A stretch of DNA of 64,000 nt from Rhynchobatus australiae (Eukaryota), in assembly GCA_034780895.1 (NCBI GenBank), contig JAUZTB010000071.1, positions 20,139,597-20,203,596 on the forward strand, read 5' to 3'. Shown here one piece after another: positions 1 to 11,594 of this stretch. The notes under the pieces were generated by a model, which saw nothing but the letters and a program-made list of their open reading frames with translations, searched no databases and was not told where the DNA came from. Every line of letters starts with the position of its first letter. Position 1 is the first letter of the stretch. The position numbers were made by a program, and so were the translations under genes.

Positions 1-270
1 CATCAATATCCTGGGATAGATCCCATCCTGCCCTGGTGACTTATCCTCTGTAACGTTTTTCAAGAGCCCCTACACTTTCTTCTTTTTAATATCAACGTGT
101 CTAGAATCTTGAAGGACCCATCATCCAGGTCCTTCTCCTTGGTGAATACTGATTCAAAGTACTTATTAAGAAGCTCACCTACTTCATCTAGCTCCATGCA
201 TAAATTCCCTCCTTTGCCTTTGAGTAGACCTACCCTTTCCCTAGCTACCTACTTGCTCCTATGTATGCAT
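1..270 (-). mobile_element. CR1-type LINE ORF2 fragment (decayed)
   Basis: Reverse complement of ~21-45 encodes DKSPGQDG, the K-S/A-PGPDG motif preceding the RT domain of CR1 LINEs; flanking sequence resembles the other CR1 copies in the window. Confidence 0.65.
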
Positions 271-1048
271 AATATCTGAAAACTGCAAGTGTACTGTCCA
301 TAGATTTCTATTCTTTGTATTATTTTAAAATGCATAGCCAATGGGTAAAGTCTCCTGCTTGTGACATACACCCAGGCGAAAATAAACTCTGAAATTACTT
401 GACTTAAAAAAAATGCAAATGAAAAAAAGCTCCTTTCAAACCTTGTTCCTACTAATTCAAAAGAGAACAGGCAACTTTTCCAAGTTAATTACACTGTGAG
501 GCTAACGGAGCAAGTTGAAATGCGTACCAGGAGATACATAACCATTCTGTATGCTTCCTTCCCTGACAGAGCATTTAATGTTGCTAAAATGTTTCAGCTT
601 CGAGTGAAGTGAGCTGCCTGAGCACACGAGGATTACTGCTGTGCTGTTTGCAATGTCTGATGGCTGTTGGGAAATGTAAGCAGACAAGCTGGTTGACAGA
701 TGATAGACAGACAGATAATAGATAAGAAAAAGGAAAGGTCATTCCGCTCACCTGATAGAAGAGTTTGTGTGCAGGGACCCTAATGGGAGTTCTTTCATTG
801 ATTAGTGCTGTATCTGAAGGGTTCTTCATTTAAATGATGTGTCAGGTCATGACGACCATGAGGCTGTAAGGCTAAAATCTCATCAGTCATTAGTTCTAGC
901 CAGAGCACCAGATACTCAAAAATCAGAAGGGGTCAAAATCAAGCAGTATGGCTGCTGGCAACATCTTTTAAAATAAGCTTCAGGAAAGCATTTCACATAT
1001 TTTTATTTATGTTCTCTGGTTTTAATATCATGGCAAACTTTAAGACAC

Positions 1049-1410
1049 TGTTGGTAAGGAATGTTGAATGGTTGCTCGAGGGGCCAAATGACAGTTCAAA
1101 ATTGGAGCACCTTGCTGCCAAGATTACTGGATCATAATGGGGAATAAGACAAAAATCATCTGGATCTTAGTCCTTGCCTCGTCCTGACTGACCATGCACC
1201 AGGCACCTGTTTGGCACTGGTCATTTTATGCAGACAACTTAAGGGCATCCTGTGGAATGGAACCACCTGGATTACACCTGGAATTCTCCGCTTGACTTCT
1301 CACCTGAGTTCCCTGTCCTTACTAATATTATATCCCCACACATCCTTTGGGAGTTAATAAACTGCAAGTTGATTGAGAACACCATAGTGTGCTTGTAAAC
1401 CAGCAGAACA
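1049..1410 (+). mobile_element. Putative solo LTR
   Basis: Starts TGTT, ends AACA (4-bp terminal inverted repeat), has AATAAA ~50 bp before the end, and is flanked by gacac (1044-1048) / gatac (1411-1415), a 5-bp TSD with one transition. Confidence 0.45.
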
Positions 1411-2394
1411 GATACAAGAGATTTCTGAATAGGATGCCATTTTGAGGTTCATTGATATAAATGGTGATTTAATGGATTAATTCTCACTTCATTGTGTGGT
1501 TAATCTATGAAATTGTTTAAATGTTATGTGCAATTAACATTTTAACATTCGCCTTGGAAGGAATAAAAGAAAATTCAGGTGGCAGCCATTTCCAGTGAAG
1601 TTGAAAATCTTGTAGTTGACGGGAAATGCATTTAAACTGGCTTTGCCAGTGTGCGCAATGGCTGGTCACGTGACTTCCTGCATGCACTAACAAGACAAGT
1701 GTGCCACAGGGTTCACCGGAGATGTGGCTCGTCAACCAGTGTCAGGAGAATGGCAAGATAGCTGAGAGTTTGACAAGTGCATGCATTGTGGCCTTTACTC
1801 TCAGACAAGAAGCTGACAAACACATGAGTAGAAGCAAATTCCTATTTTTTCAATGAAAAGCAGTGTACCATGGCTTGAAGGTTGATGCCAATGGCCCACA
1901 ACATATGAAGGAGTAAGTGGAGGCCATTTCTTGTGCACTGATCCTGGATGTGTAGCAGGGTTGAGGTTGTTCCTGGGGATGATGCCATTCTGTCCACACC
2001 TTGTGACCATTGCTTTACTCATTGAGGAAAAAAAACACAAAATGAAAGTGAAGCAAAGTGTAAAGTACTTTGGATGAATGAAAGAAAAGAGTAGCAGGTG
2101 ATGTTTCCCTTGCTTATTAAGTTGATGCTGGCAGGTGATGCATCAAGCAGTGGTGGAGGTGCAGTGATATGCCTCAGGATGGATCAAGGGCAAGAGAAAG
2201 CCATGAGACCAAATGAGCATAGATTGAGAAGCAGCGTATGAAATAGCGTTTGGAATTAAAAGCTTCCATCAGTTTGTAGTAGGCAGATCCTTCATCTAAA
2301 TAACAGGTCATCAATCACCACTAGTGATATTAAGCTCCAACAAGTGATACCTAGCATGGCAGCATTAAGAATGTAAAGATGGGCAATTCTTCTG

Positions 2395-2684
2395 AGATTA
2401 AGATTTCTTTATTAGTCACATGTACATCAGAATACACAGTGAAATGCATCTTTTATGTAGTGTTCTGGGGGCAGCCCCCAAGTGTTGCCACGCTTCCGTC
2501 GCCAACATTAGCATGCCCATAACTTCCTAACCTGTACATCTTTGGAATGTGGGAGGAACCAGGAGCACCTGGAGGAAACCCACACAGTCACAGGGATAAC
2601 GTATAAACTCCTTAGACAGCAGCCAGAATTGAACCTAGGTCGCTGGTGCTGTAATAGCATTACGCTAGCCGCTACACTACCGTG
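2395..2684 (-). mobile_element. tRNA-derived V-SINE, family A (Rex1-like tail), inserted in the Gypsy RNase H
   Basis: Minus strand shows a tRNA-like head (A box GGTAGTGTAGCGG, B box GGTTCAATTC), the V-domain GGGTTTCCTCCAGGTGCTCC..TTCCTCCCACA and the tail CATTTCACTGT..GTACATGTGACTAATAAA; five copies in the window. Confidence 0.9.
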
Positions 2685-3904
2685 CTGCTCTACAGTATAA
2701 TTACACAATTTAGTACCAAGGGGTTCCAAGCAGAACATCAATGTGGATGCTCTGTAGAGACTACCACATGTTGGAAGTGAAAGTGGTATCTACACGATTG
2801 TTGTGTTCAATGGGGACTTTCTGGTAATTGTGTCTAAAATAACAGAGAAGAACCAGAGAGGCCTGAAGTAGAAAAGCTCCTGGAACAATCACTGAATGGA
2901 AGAGCAGAACTGGATCAGTGTACAAGCAATGAAGTTGAAACCATTCCACAATTGTTACACTGAGCTGTCATGTGCAGAGAGGAACATTAAATTAAATTGT
3001 AGTGTGGTCATATGATGCATAGAAAGACAAGATTTTGGTCAAGCTTCATACTGAATATACAGGAATAGACAATCTTAAAGCAATTGCAAAAAGATTTGTT
3101 CAGACAGTGACCTTGAATCAATAGTAAACAAATGCAGTATTTCCCAAACTTGTACAAGCAAATCCCCNNNNNNNNNNNNNNNNNNNNNNNNNNNNNNNNN
3201 NNNNNNNNNNNNNNNNNNNNNNNNNNNNNNNNNNNNNNNNNNNNNNNNNNNNNNNNNNNNNNNNNNNNNNNNNNNNNNNNNNNNNNNNNNNNNNNNNNNN
3301 NNNNNNNNNNNNNNNNNNNNNNNNNNNNNNNNNNNNNNNNNNNNNNNNNNNNNNNNNNNNNACAAACAATGGCTGTTTGTTTCAAGCTGTTCTGTTCACA
3401 AACTTTGAGGTACACTCTCGTTTCCTTATACTGTCCAGCTTCAAATGGAGCAGTCAAGAAGTCGGTCAGCCAGAGGCTCTCAAGAAGCATGTGTTCCAGC
3501 AATATTCAAAGTCAGCATGAAATATCACATGGCTAACTTTTTGCTGCAGTACAGTACAACCCTACACTCTATTTTGGGCATAAACTTTCAGAACTCTTGA
3601 CAACCTGCTTGAGCCTTGTCCAACCAAATTTGGCTTCCAGAGTTAGACAGAACAATTGAATCAAAAACATCAGAAAGAAAGAGTCAAGCAAAACAACTGT
3701 GTTTGTACTCTTAGCTCACCAACCATGGTGGGAGGTAGGAACCTTTGTGGAACCAGGAGATGTTTGGTTGAAATGGGTGACAGATTCCAAAGTATTCAAG
3801 TGGATCTCTGGCAGAGATGATGTTAAACCACTTGACCCTGCAATTGCGTCCCATCCAATCAAAAACAGTGAAAACTTGAAGAGGTATCAAATCCAAGGCT
3901 GCTA

Positions 3905-4204
3905 AAGAAGATAAAATAGATTTCTTTATTTGTCACATGTACATTGAAACATACAGTGAAATACATCTTTTGCATTAGAGTACTCGTGGCGACACTTGCG
4001 GTGTGCCCCCAATTTCTAGCGCCAACATAGCACGCCCACAACATCCTAACCTGTACGTCTTTGGAATGTGGGAGAAAACCAGAGCACCTGGAGGAAACCC
4101 AAGCAGACACTGGGAATACGTACAAACTCCTTACAGCTGGCGGCTGGATTTGAACCTGGGTCACTGTCGCTGTAAAGCATTACGCTAACCGCTACACTAC
4201 CGTG
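3905..4204 (-). mobile_element. V-SINE family A, inserted in the Gypsy pol 3' region
   Basis: Colinear with 2395-2684 over its whole length. Confidence 0.9.
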
Positions 4205-5292
4205 TCTGCAAACAGAACCTTCTCATACAAAAGAGATTAGGAAGACTCCAAAAATCAGATGCTAGACTAAATTTATAGTTGTTGTTCATTAAATGTTCAG
4301 CTAAATAAGTTACNNNNNNNNNNNNNNNNNNNNNNNNNNNNNNNNNNNNNNNNNNNNNNNNNNNNNNNNNNNNNNNNNNNNNNNNNNNNNNNNNNNNNNN
4401 NNNNNNNNNNNNNNNNNNNNNNNNNNNNNNNNNNNNNNNNNNNNNNNNNNNNNNNNNNNNNNNNNNNNNNNNNNNNNNNNNNNNNNNNNNNNNNNNNNNN
4501 NNNNNNNNNNNNNNNNNNNNNNNNNNNNNNNNNNNNNNNNNNNNNNNNNNNNNNNNNNNNNNNNNNNNTGAAGCAACCTTAACTTGTGGCTTAAATCACA
4601 GGCTCCCGAAGTAAACATATGAATGTATATTTCATACTAGGAGAAACTCATTCTGGTTATCCAACCTGGTACACCTGTGCATGCACTCCTGATTTAAATC
4701 TTGCAATTTCAAGCGATTAGTTGAACAAATCCCTCATTTCACTTCATAATCTCTCAGAATCATTGACATGATTGCAGGATTACAGGAGAGGGATGCTAAA
4801 CAATGACTCTCTTGGGTCGTGGTATCTTTTTGATGGACATCAGCAACGCTGGAAGGTGTGATATTGAATGAGAATTCAGCAAGTGTGCAACCTTTTGCTG
4901 TTATTGCTGTTTCACAATTCACAATGAAGATGTACATGCGATAAAATTTAAGCAAATGACAAGGATTTGCATCAGTGCATTGTGGAAGGTGTCAGTGCGG
5001 TCTTCTCAAATTAAAAATTGGATTTCTTCAACTTGCTTCATGTACTATGTACATCTGCCAGAAGCAATGAACATATAATGAGCATATGTCCAGATCAACA
5101 GAAGCCTTCCTCTGAGGGCTCTCAGACTGTGTAGTGAATGCACCAGCAGTTTCAGCTTTTAACTGTCTTAATCTAAAGGATCTCTGTACCATGACTCAAA
5201 GCTCTTATATATAATTAAATTCCAGCACCGCCCTCCCCAGCAAATTAGCAAATACTCCCATTTTCAGTGGATGGGTCACATTAGATTCACAA

Positions 5293-5660
5293 GGGCAGTG
5301 CAATGGTGTTGCAAGTGGTGAAACTGGGTTCACCACTACCTAGGTTCGATCCTGACCTCGAGATATCTGTGTACAATTTGCACATTTTCCTTGTGGCTGT
5401 GTGGGCTTCTCCTGATACTCCAGTTTCCTCCCATGTTCCAGGGACATGCTGGGTGTTAGGTTAATTGGTCATTGTAAATTACTCCTNNNNNNNNNNGGTT
5501 ACTGGGTAATGAGTGGGAGAATCGGTGTGGGAAGAAAAGGTGTTAATGGGTGGGAAAGAATAGGTTATAGGTAAATACGTGGGAGGAATGGGATTGCTCT
5601 GAGAGCTGGCAGAGATTCAATGGGCCAAATAGCCTCCTTTGCTGTTAGGAGAAATATGAA
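5293..5660 (+). mobile_element. HE1-like V-SINE (family B, CR1-type tail)
   Basis: tRNA-like head with B box GGTTCGATCC (~5343), decayed V-domain (gggcttctcctgatactccagtttcctccca) and 3' tail atgggccaaatagcctcct of the CR1 3'-end type. Confidence 0.75.
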
Positions 5661-5684
5661 AATATATGAACCCTATAATCACCA

Positions 5685-5990
5685 ATAGCATATTATCTAG
5701 GCTGTCATTTCAGCGCGGTAGCAAGAATACTGTGCTGCTGGAGGTGGTCCTTTTCAAAGTGATTAAACTGATATTGGGCAATGTAAAAGATCTCATGGAA
5801 CTATCTGAATCAGGGAAATTGTCACTATGTTCTGATGAACATTAATCTCTTAGNNNNNNNNNNATCACCCAATTACTTCTTTCATTGCATTTTGGAGGAC
5901 CCTTGCTGGTTATGAGTAGTTTACGGAGTATAAGTAATTGGACTTCAAAAATATTTCTGTGTTTGTGACCATCTGAGACTTTCTTCCTTA
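5685..5990 (+). mobile_element. Old Deu-domain (SacSINE1-like) SINE fragment
   Basis: tctaggctgtca...tgtgctgctggaggtggtcctttt...aaaagatctcatggaactat resembles the recalled shark Deu-SINE body; similar copies at 22.4, 32.6, 59.5 and 60.7 kb. Confidence 0.55.
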
Positions 5991-6050
5991 CATAGCCCCT
6001 TATGAAATACGTGAGAAGGGGCATGAAAAATAAACATCATGTTTGATAAA

Positions 6051-6200
6051 TGGAGATTCAAGAGACTGCAAATGCTGGAATCTGGAGCAACAAACAATCT
6101 GCTGGAGGAACTCAGCAGACTGAGCAGCATCTGTGGCAGGGGGTGGGGAAAGAACTGTCAACATTTCAGGTCAAAACCCTGCTTCAGAGTTTGTGTGTTC
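6051..6200 (-). mobile_element. Short Penelope-derived insertion with 16-bp TSD
   Basis: Body aagagactgcaaatgctggaatctggagcaacaaacaatctgctggaggaactcagc shared with the 48.9 and 57.0 kb copies; exact direct repeat catcatgtttgataaa at 6035-6050 and 6201-6216. Confidence 0.8.
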
Positions 6201-7811
6201 CATCATGTTTGATAAAATCTATTGTAAGTTAAATTTGCAAGGTATAAAGTCCGCTCCTGACGTGAGCTTCACTGTCTCTGTTCTGCATCTGATTCACCCT
6301 GAGAGAATTTCCCATTATTACCNNNNNNNNNNNNNNNNNNNNNNNNNNNNNNNNNNNNNNNNNNNNNNNNNNNNNNNNNNNNNNNNNNNNNNNNNNNNNN
6401 NNNNNNNNNNNNNNNNNNNNNNNNNNNNNNNNNNNNNNNNNNNNNNNNNNNNNNNNNNNNNNNNNNNNNNNNNNNNNNNNNNNNNNNNNNNNNNNNNNNN
6501 NNNNNNNNNNNNNNNNNNNNNNNNNNNNNNNNNNNNNNNNNNNNNNNNNNNNNNNNNNNNNNNNNNNNNNNNNNNNNNNNNNNNNGGCTTCTTCCCAGAC
6601 TTTACCTTCATAGGTTTATTTAAATATCTTGTCATCAAAAATCCCAGGCATTTTCTTGGGACAAAATATATACTTGATTCAAGTAAATATCACATGGTAA
6701 AAAACTGCAAAGTGTAATTGAGTGCGAAGGGAACCCAATAATGAACAAGTAGCAATTTGCAAACAAAGAGAATAAGTAGATGGAAGAACTACCAATAATA
6801 AAACAGTTGTAAAAATCAAGCAACAATAAAGAAACTAGAAGTATAGGTGAAAACAATCAAAATTGCTCAAAAATGCTTTCAGGTGCCATCTTGTTACACC
6901 TATGAACGGAGAACAAAGTTGCATAGTAAGTTTTTGAATACAAGATTAAAAACACATTCATAATATCAATAACTTAACTAGAGAATTATCCTCTATGTAT
7001 CTGAAATACTTCCACTGATGTTTCCTTTGGGAGCTTCGTGTCTGTTTCAGAAGCCAGCAGTTTGTCTTCTTGTCAAAGGACTTTGATCGTTTCTTCCAGT
7101 GTTTTGCACAGTTTAATTCTTTTGCTGGGGCATGCCCCTTAATCTCCAAAAGCTTATGACCTCTTTTCATGATTGTTCTTACTCTACTGTGATCATTTCA
7201 TTAATCCATTGTTGCACAGTCTAGACCAGCCATGGATGCTAGACTGTTTAAGTGTTGTGTCACCCTCTTGAGTGCAAACAGACATCAATCTTTATTTCTA
7301 GTCATTCTATAGATTATGTCTCTGGTCAGGAACTCAGCCCCAGACAGTTTACTGAACTCCCAAAACTAGTCCCAGACCTTAACCAGAACAGCCTGACGTA
7401 AGATCATTACATTGACCATGGATGTCATTTTGTTGTCCTCTTGTCTTTAACAAAATTAATAGCAGGATCTGAATATATGTATGAAAAAGAGGACACAATG
7501 TTAGTAAAAGAAATGAACAAAATTGAATGAAGGAAGAACAGGCATTGTGGGACAGCCAAACATGGACAGAAACAGAAAGAAATAAATATGAACACAAACC
7601 TGGATAATTGAATTCAGAAAAACATGACAATGGGAAAGACATCTGGTTCTATTTTTCTCTCCAAGTGGGTTTTGTCTCGCTGAGTAACAAGGTTGTCCAC
7701 CATTTTCCCAACCCTCATTTAACTACCATTCCAACTCCTGTCTGCACAAAGGAAGGAAAAATACTGATCCTCTTTGGTCTCATCTGGAGCTGATTCACAA
7801 CTAGTCAGCTT

Positions 7812-8110
7812 TAGTCACACCCCACAGAAAACAGGCGCTACAGCTCATTGAAACCAGGCCAACTATCGAGCATCCATCTGCACTAATCCTCTTTTATTCT
7901 CCTCATATTCTCATCAACTCCCCCCAGATTCTACCACTAGGAGCAACCTAACATCAGCCAATTAACCTACCAACTCACATGTCTTTGGGATATGGGAGAA
8001 AACCCATGGGGTCATAGGGAGAATGTGCAAACTCCACACAGACAGCACCTGAGGTCAGGATTGAACTTGGGTCACTGAAAAAGACAGCAACTCTACTCAT
8101 TTTGCCACCA
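7812..8110 (-). mobile_element. HE1-like V-SINE (family B)
   Basis: Reverse complement has B box agttcaatcc, body ggagtttgcacattctccc and a CR1-type tail (cctgttttctgtg). Confidence 0.75.
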
Positions 8111-9602
8111 GCCAAAGCAACTCTTCTACCGAGGCATGAGTCAAAATTTCAGCCATGTTCCTGTGAAGTCATCGTAATTGGACATCCTTATATAAATAAA
8201 TAGTGTCTGCTGGCTTTTTAACAAGAAAGTACCTGGGCCATTTTATCTGCACAACCTGGCCAGGTTCTGTTGGATGGTATGATTAAAATCTCTCCTCTAA
8301 CTTAGATTCTACAGGAGAATCTTTTTTTTTCTCCACAACCAATAACTTGAGAGGTTAAATTATTAAATGGTAACATATCCCATGTTGCCAAGTCCAAAGC
8401 ACTTGTATCTTATTCAATAATGCATCATTTTTGCAGTGCAAAATATCTGTGGGGTCATAAAACAGAACAACTGGCAATTGGAAAGACTATAGGAGATCTA
8501 ATGGTATTTTATAACTGCATCCATGTTGTCTTTGTCAAGCTGTTTACAAAGCTGACTACTTGATGACAAAGCCTCAGGCAAGGATTGCAGTGAAGCTGTG
8601 CTTTTGGAACAAGTGCAGTAGTGCATGAAATCAGACTGAATTTGAAACAAGGAATAATTCAACTGGTGTCACACACATTGACTGTGGGTGATTGGTCAAA
8701 GACATGTACATTTTGTTCCCTTTAACATGATAACATTGATACTAAAACTATAGCATTTATATCACTCAAGGTCCATATTTGTGGCATTGATGTGTAGCCA
8801 AAGTCAGTTATTGGTCCATAGAGGAAATATTTGCATTTGCACTTTGACTATCATTATCTATTGTCTCCAGATACTTCCAAAGGTATTCAGATTGAACTGA
8901 CTTCCCACTACATGGTCCAACTATTTGACAATCAATTCACTTACATGATCTCGTGACTTGCAGTGCATGTTAACAAGCACACCAGTTTGAAAATTGCCAC
9001 CGACTNNNNNNNNNNCTTGGGTGGAGCAGAGGGGAATCCTTCCACTGTTTTGTGAATGCAAGCTGCAAAAATGGATGTTGAATTAAATAATCAGGAATGC
9101 AACACTTAACCTCAGTTATAAAATAAAGAAAATGGAAAAAATCAATTGTGAAATTAAAGTTATAAAAAACATAATGCTCTTAGATTGTATTTATGTTATT
9201 TATTCTGCTATTTGACTCATTAGCTACAAATGATTTCAATTATATTCATGCTGGTTTTAATTACTGTTGTTAGAATTGGTGATACTACTAATCTAATGTA
9301 TACTGAGACTATTTGGTGTGCTTTGTTTATTTGTGTGCTATGCCAATTTAATGTAAAAGCCAATCAAGCTTGCCTTAGAGCATGGGTTATGTAGATCATC
9401 ATAACTGTGTAGATGCATGGAGGTGGATGGACACACACAGTGGCTGGGCTCCTTACAGGAGTACTTACGACGCTTAGCCATCTGTCACCATAGAGTATGG
9501 CACGTGAATCCTCTCTCCGTTTTTAAGGCCAATCAAGTCCTCGGCAGCCCTAACCCAAACACAGAGCCATTCCCTCATGACCCCCTTCATCCACAAACCC
9601 CA

Positions 9603-10100
9603 AATAGAATGCTTGCCTTCAGCGATCAGCACATTGAATACAACATTTGGGATGTCACGTTACAGTTGTACAGGATGTTGGTGAGACTGCACTTGGAATA
9701 CTTTGTGCATTTCTAGTTGCCTTGGTATAGGAAGGCTGTCATTAAGCTGGAAAGGGTGCAGAAAAGATTCATGAGGATATTACTGGGACTGGACAGCTTG
9801 AGTTATAAAGAGAGACTGGATAGGCTGAGACTTTTAAAGCTTACAGAGATTTATAAAATCATGAAGGGTGTAGATAAGGTGAATGGTCAGTCTTTTTCCC
9901 AGGTCAAGAGAGTCAACACCTAGAGGGCATAGATTTATGGAGAGAGGGGAAAGATTTAAAAGGGATGTGAGGAGTAATTTTCTCACACACAGGGTGGTGA
10001 GTATGTGGAACAAGCTGCCAGAGGAAGTGGTAGAGGTGGGCGCAATTGCAATGTTCGAAAGCCATTTTGACAGATACATGGATCGGAAAGGTTCAGAGGG
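9603..10100 (+). mobile_element. CR1 LINE, 5'-truncated ORF2 3' end
   Basis: Frameshifted peptides LQLYRMLVRLHLEYFVHF, KLERVQKRFMRILLGL..LSYKERLDRL and TPRGHRF..RFKRDVRSNFLTHRVVSMWNKLPEEVVE, the canonical CR1 ORF2 C-terminus. Confidence 0.92.
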
Positions 10101-10187
10101 AAGATGGAATCTGATAGGAGAGGACTGTGGACCATGGAATAAAGGGAAGGAGGTGGGGAGGGGAACCAGTGGGAGGAATGCGAGGGT
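10101..10187 (-). mobile_element. Penelope-like pseudo-LTR fragment running into a gap
   Basis: Purine-rich segment resembling the reverse complement of the pyrimidine-rich pLTR at 19.1-19.3 kb; the far side of the gap (10817-10868) resembles the PLE terminal arm. Confidence 0.45.
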
Positions 10188-11594
10188 NNNNNNNNNNNNN
10201 NNNNNNNNNNNNNNNNNNNNNNNNNNNNNNNNNNNNNNNNNNNNNNNNNNNNNNNNNNNNNNNNNNNNNNNNNNNNNNNNNNNNNNNNNNNNNNNNNNNN
10301 NNNNNNNNNNNNNNNNNNNNNNNNNNNNNNNNNNNNNNNNNNNNNNNNNNNNNNNNNNNNNNNNNNNNNNNNNNNNNNNNNNNNNNNNNNNNNNNNNNNN
10401 NNNNNNNNNNNNNNNNNNNNNNNNNNNNNNNNNNNNNNNNNNNNNNNNNNNNNNNNNNNNNNNNNNNNNNNNNNNNNNNNNNNNNNNNNNNNNNNNNNNN
10501 NNNNNNNNNNNNNNNNNNNNNNNNNNNNNNNNNNNNNNNNNNNNNNNNNNNNNNNNNNNNNNNNNNNNNNNNNNNNNNNNNNNNNNNNNNNNNNNNNNNN
10601 NNNNNNNNNNNNNNNNNNNNNNNNNNNNNNNNNNNNNNNNNNNNNNNNNNNNNNNNNNNNNNNNNNNNNNNNNNNNNNNNNNNNNNNNNNNNNNNNNNNN
10701 NNNNNNNNNNNNNNNNNNNNNNNNNNNNNNNNNNNNNNNNNNNNNNNNNNNNNNNNNNNNNNNNNNNNNNNNNNNNNNNNNNNNNNNNNNNNNNNNNNNN
10801 NNNNNNNNNNNNNNNNCCAACGTTTTCTGTGTCTATTTCAGTTTTCCACTATCTGTTACATTTTGCATTTCTTTCACTTTCAATGTCCAACGTCTGTTTA
10901 CTCCACGACATTCTGGAACTTGAAGTTGCTTCTTTTTTATTTCAATTGGTATCTATTTATTCTGTAATTTTGCAAACACCTTTTTCATTAAAAAATAGCA
11001 TTAATATTCCACAAGTCTAGTGCAGAAATTCTTGGTAAATAAAGTAATGACACTCCTTACACTCTCCAACAACTGAATTTGGATCTGATCTCTCGATTAC
11101 TCATTTAATCATGTCTCTCTGCAGTGGTATTTTAGTTGACATCCTTATTGCTTATTTATGCCAAGATTTGCATCCTCTTCTGTTTATTGATTATTTTTAA
11201 GACTTCCTCTTTCCATTGATTCATCTTAAGACTGATTCCTTTTGCCATGACGAGGTGGAACAGTAGTATTCTTAATTAATTAGTGGTAAGTAGATTACTA
11301 ACATAAAACCAGTTGAATGCTTTAATAGGTTTTTAATCAATGTGAGACTAATTTCAAATAGATTGCAGCTAATGTTTTCAACCAAGAGGTTGTCTAATTC
11401 CTTCTCTGGGCACCAGGTGGGGCTGGACTAGATTTCAGAAACATTTATTGAAATCTGAAGACTTCAATTTTTCAGGGATAATACTGATTGTTACGGGAAG
11501 TGGATTAGTTTATGAAGAAATAAAGATGCTTTTAATGTTCATTCAGTTTATTTCCTTTTATTACTGGTGTCTGATTTTATTGGCATTAGTGCTT

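Larger units (their letters stand above)
1740..4313 (+). mobile_element. Degenerate Ty3/Gypsy LTR retrotransposon (gag, RNase H, integrase relics; RT largely deleted)
   Basis: RNase H-like FGIKSFHQFVVGRSF...IPSMAALRM*RWAILL (~2250-2394) resumes after a SINE as LQYNYTI* and NVDAL*RLP (~2689-2766). Integrase-like YCPASNGAV (cf. PYHPASNG) and MANFLLQYSTTLHS (~3425-3570). Terminal EIRKTP..RLNL* (~4230-4278). Many stops and frameshifts. Confidence 0.85.

Noticed and set aside
695-724. Short GATA/GACA run; also (GTTACAA)3 at ~24705
   Set aside because: Trivial decayed microsatellites.
6958-7170. Lysine-rich 70-aa ORF
   Set aside because: No recognisable domain or convincing splice sites; the length is expected by chance.
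9834-11020. Long ORFs (roughly 200-350 aa) in the track here and at 27.5, 42.2 and 47.4 kb
   Set aside because: They are open only because they run through N gaps.
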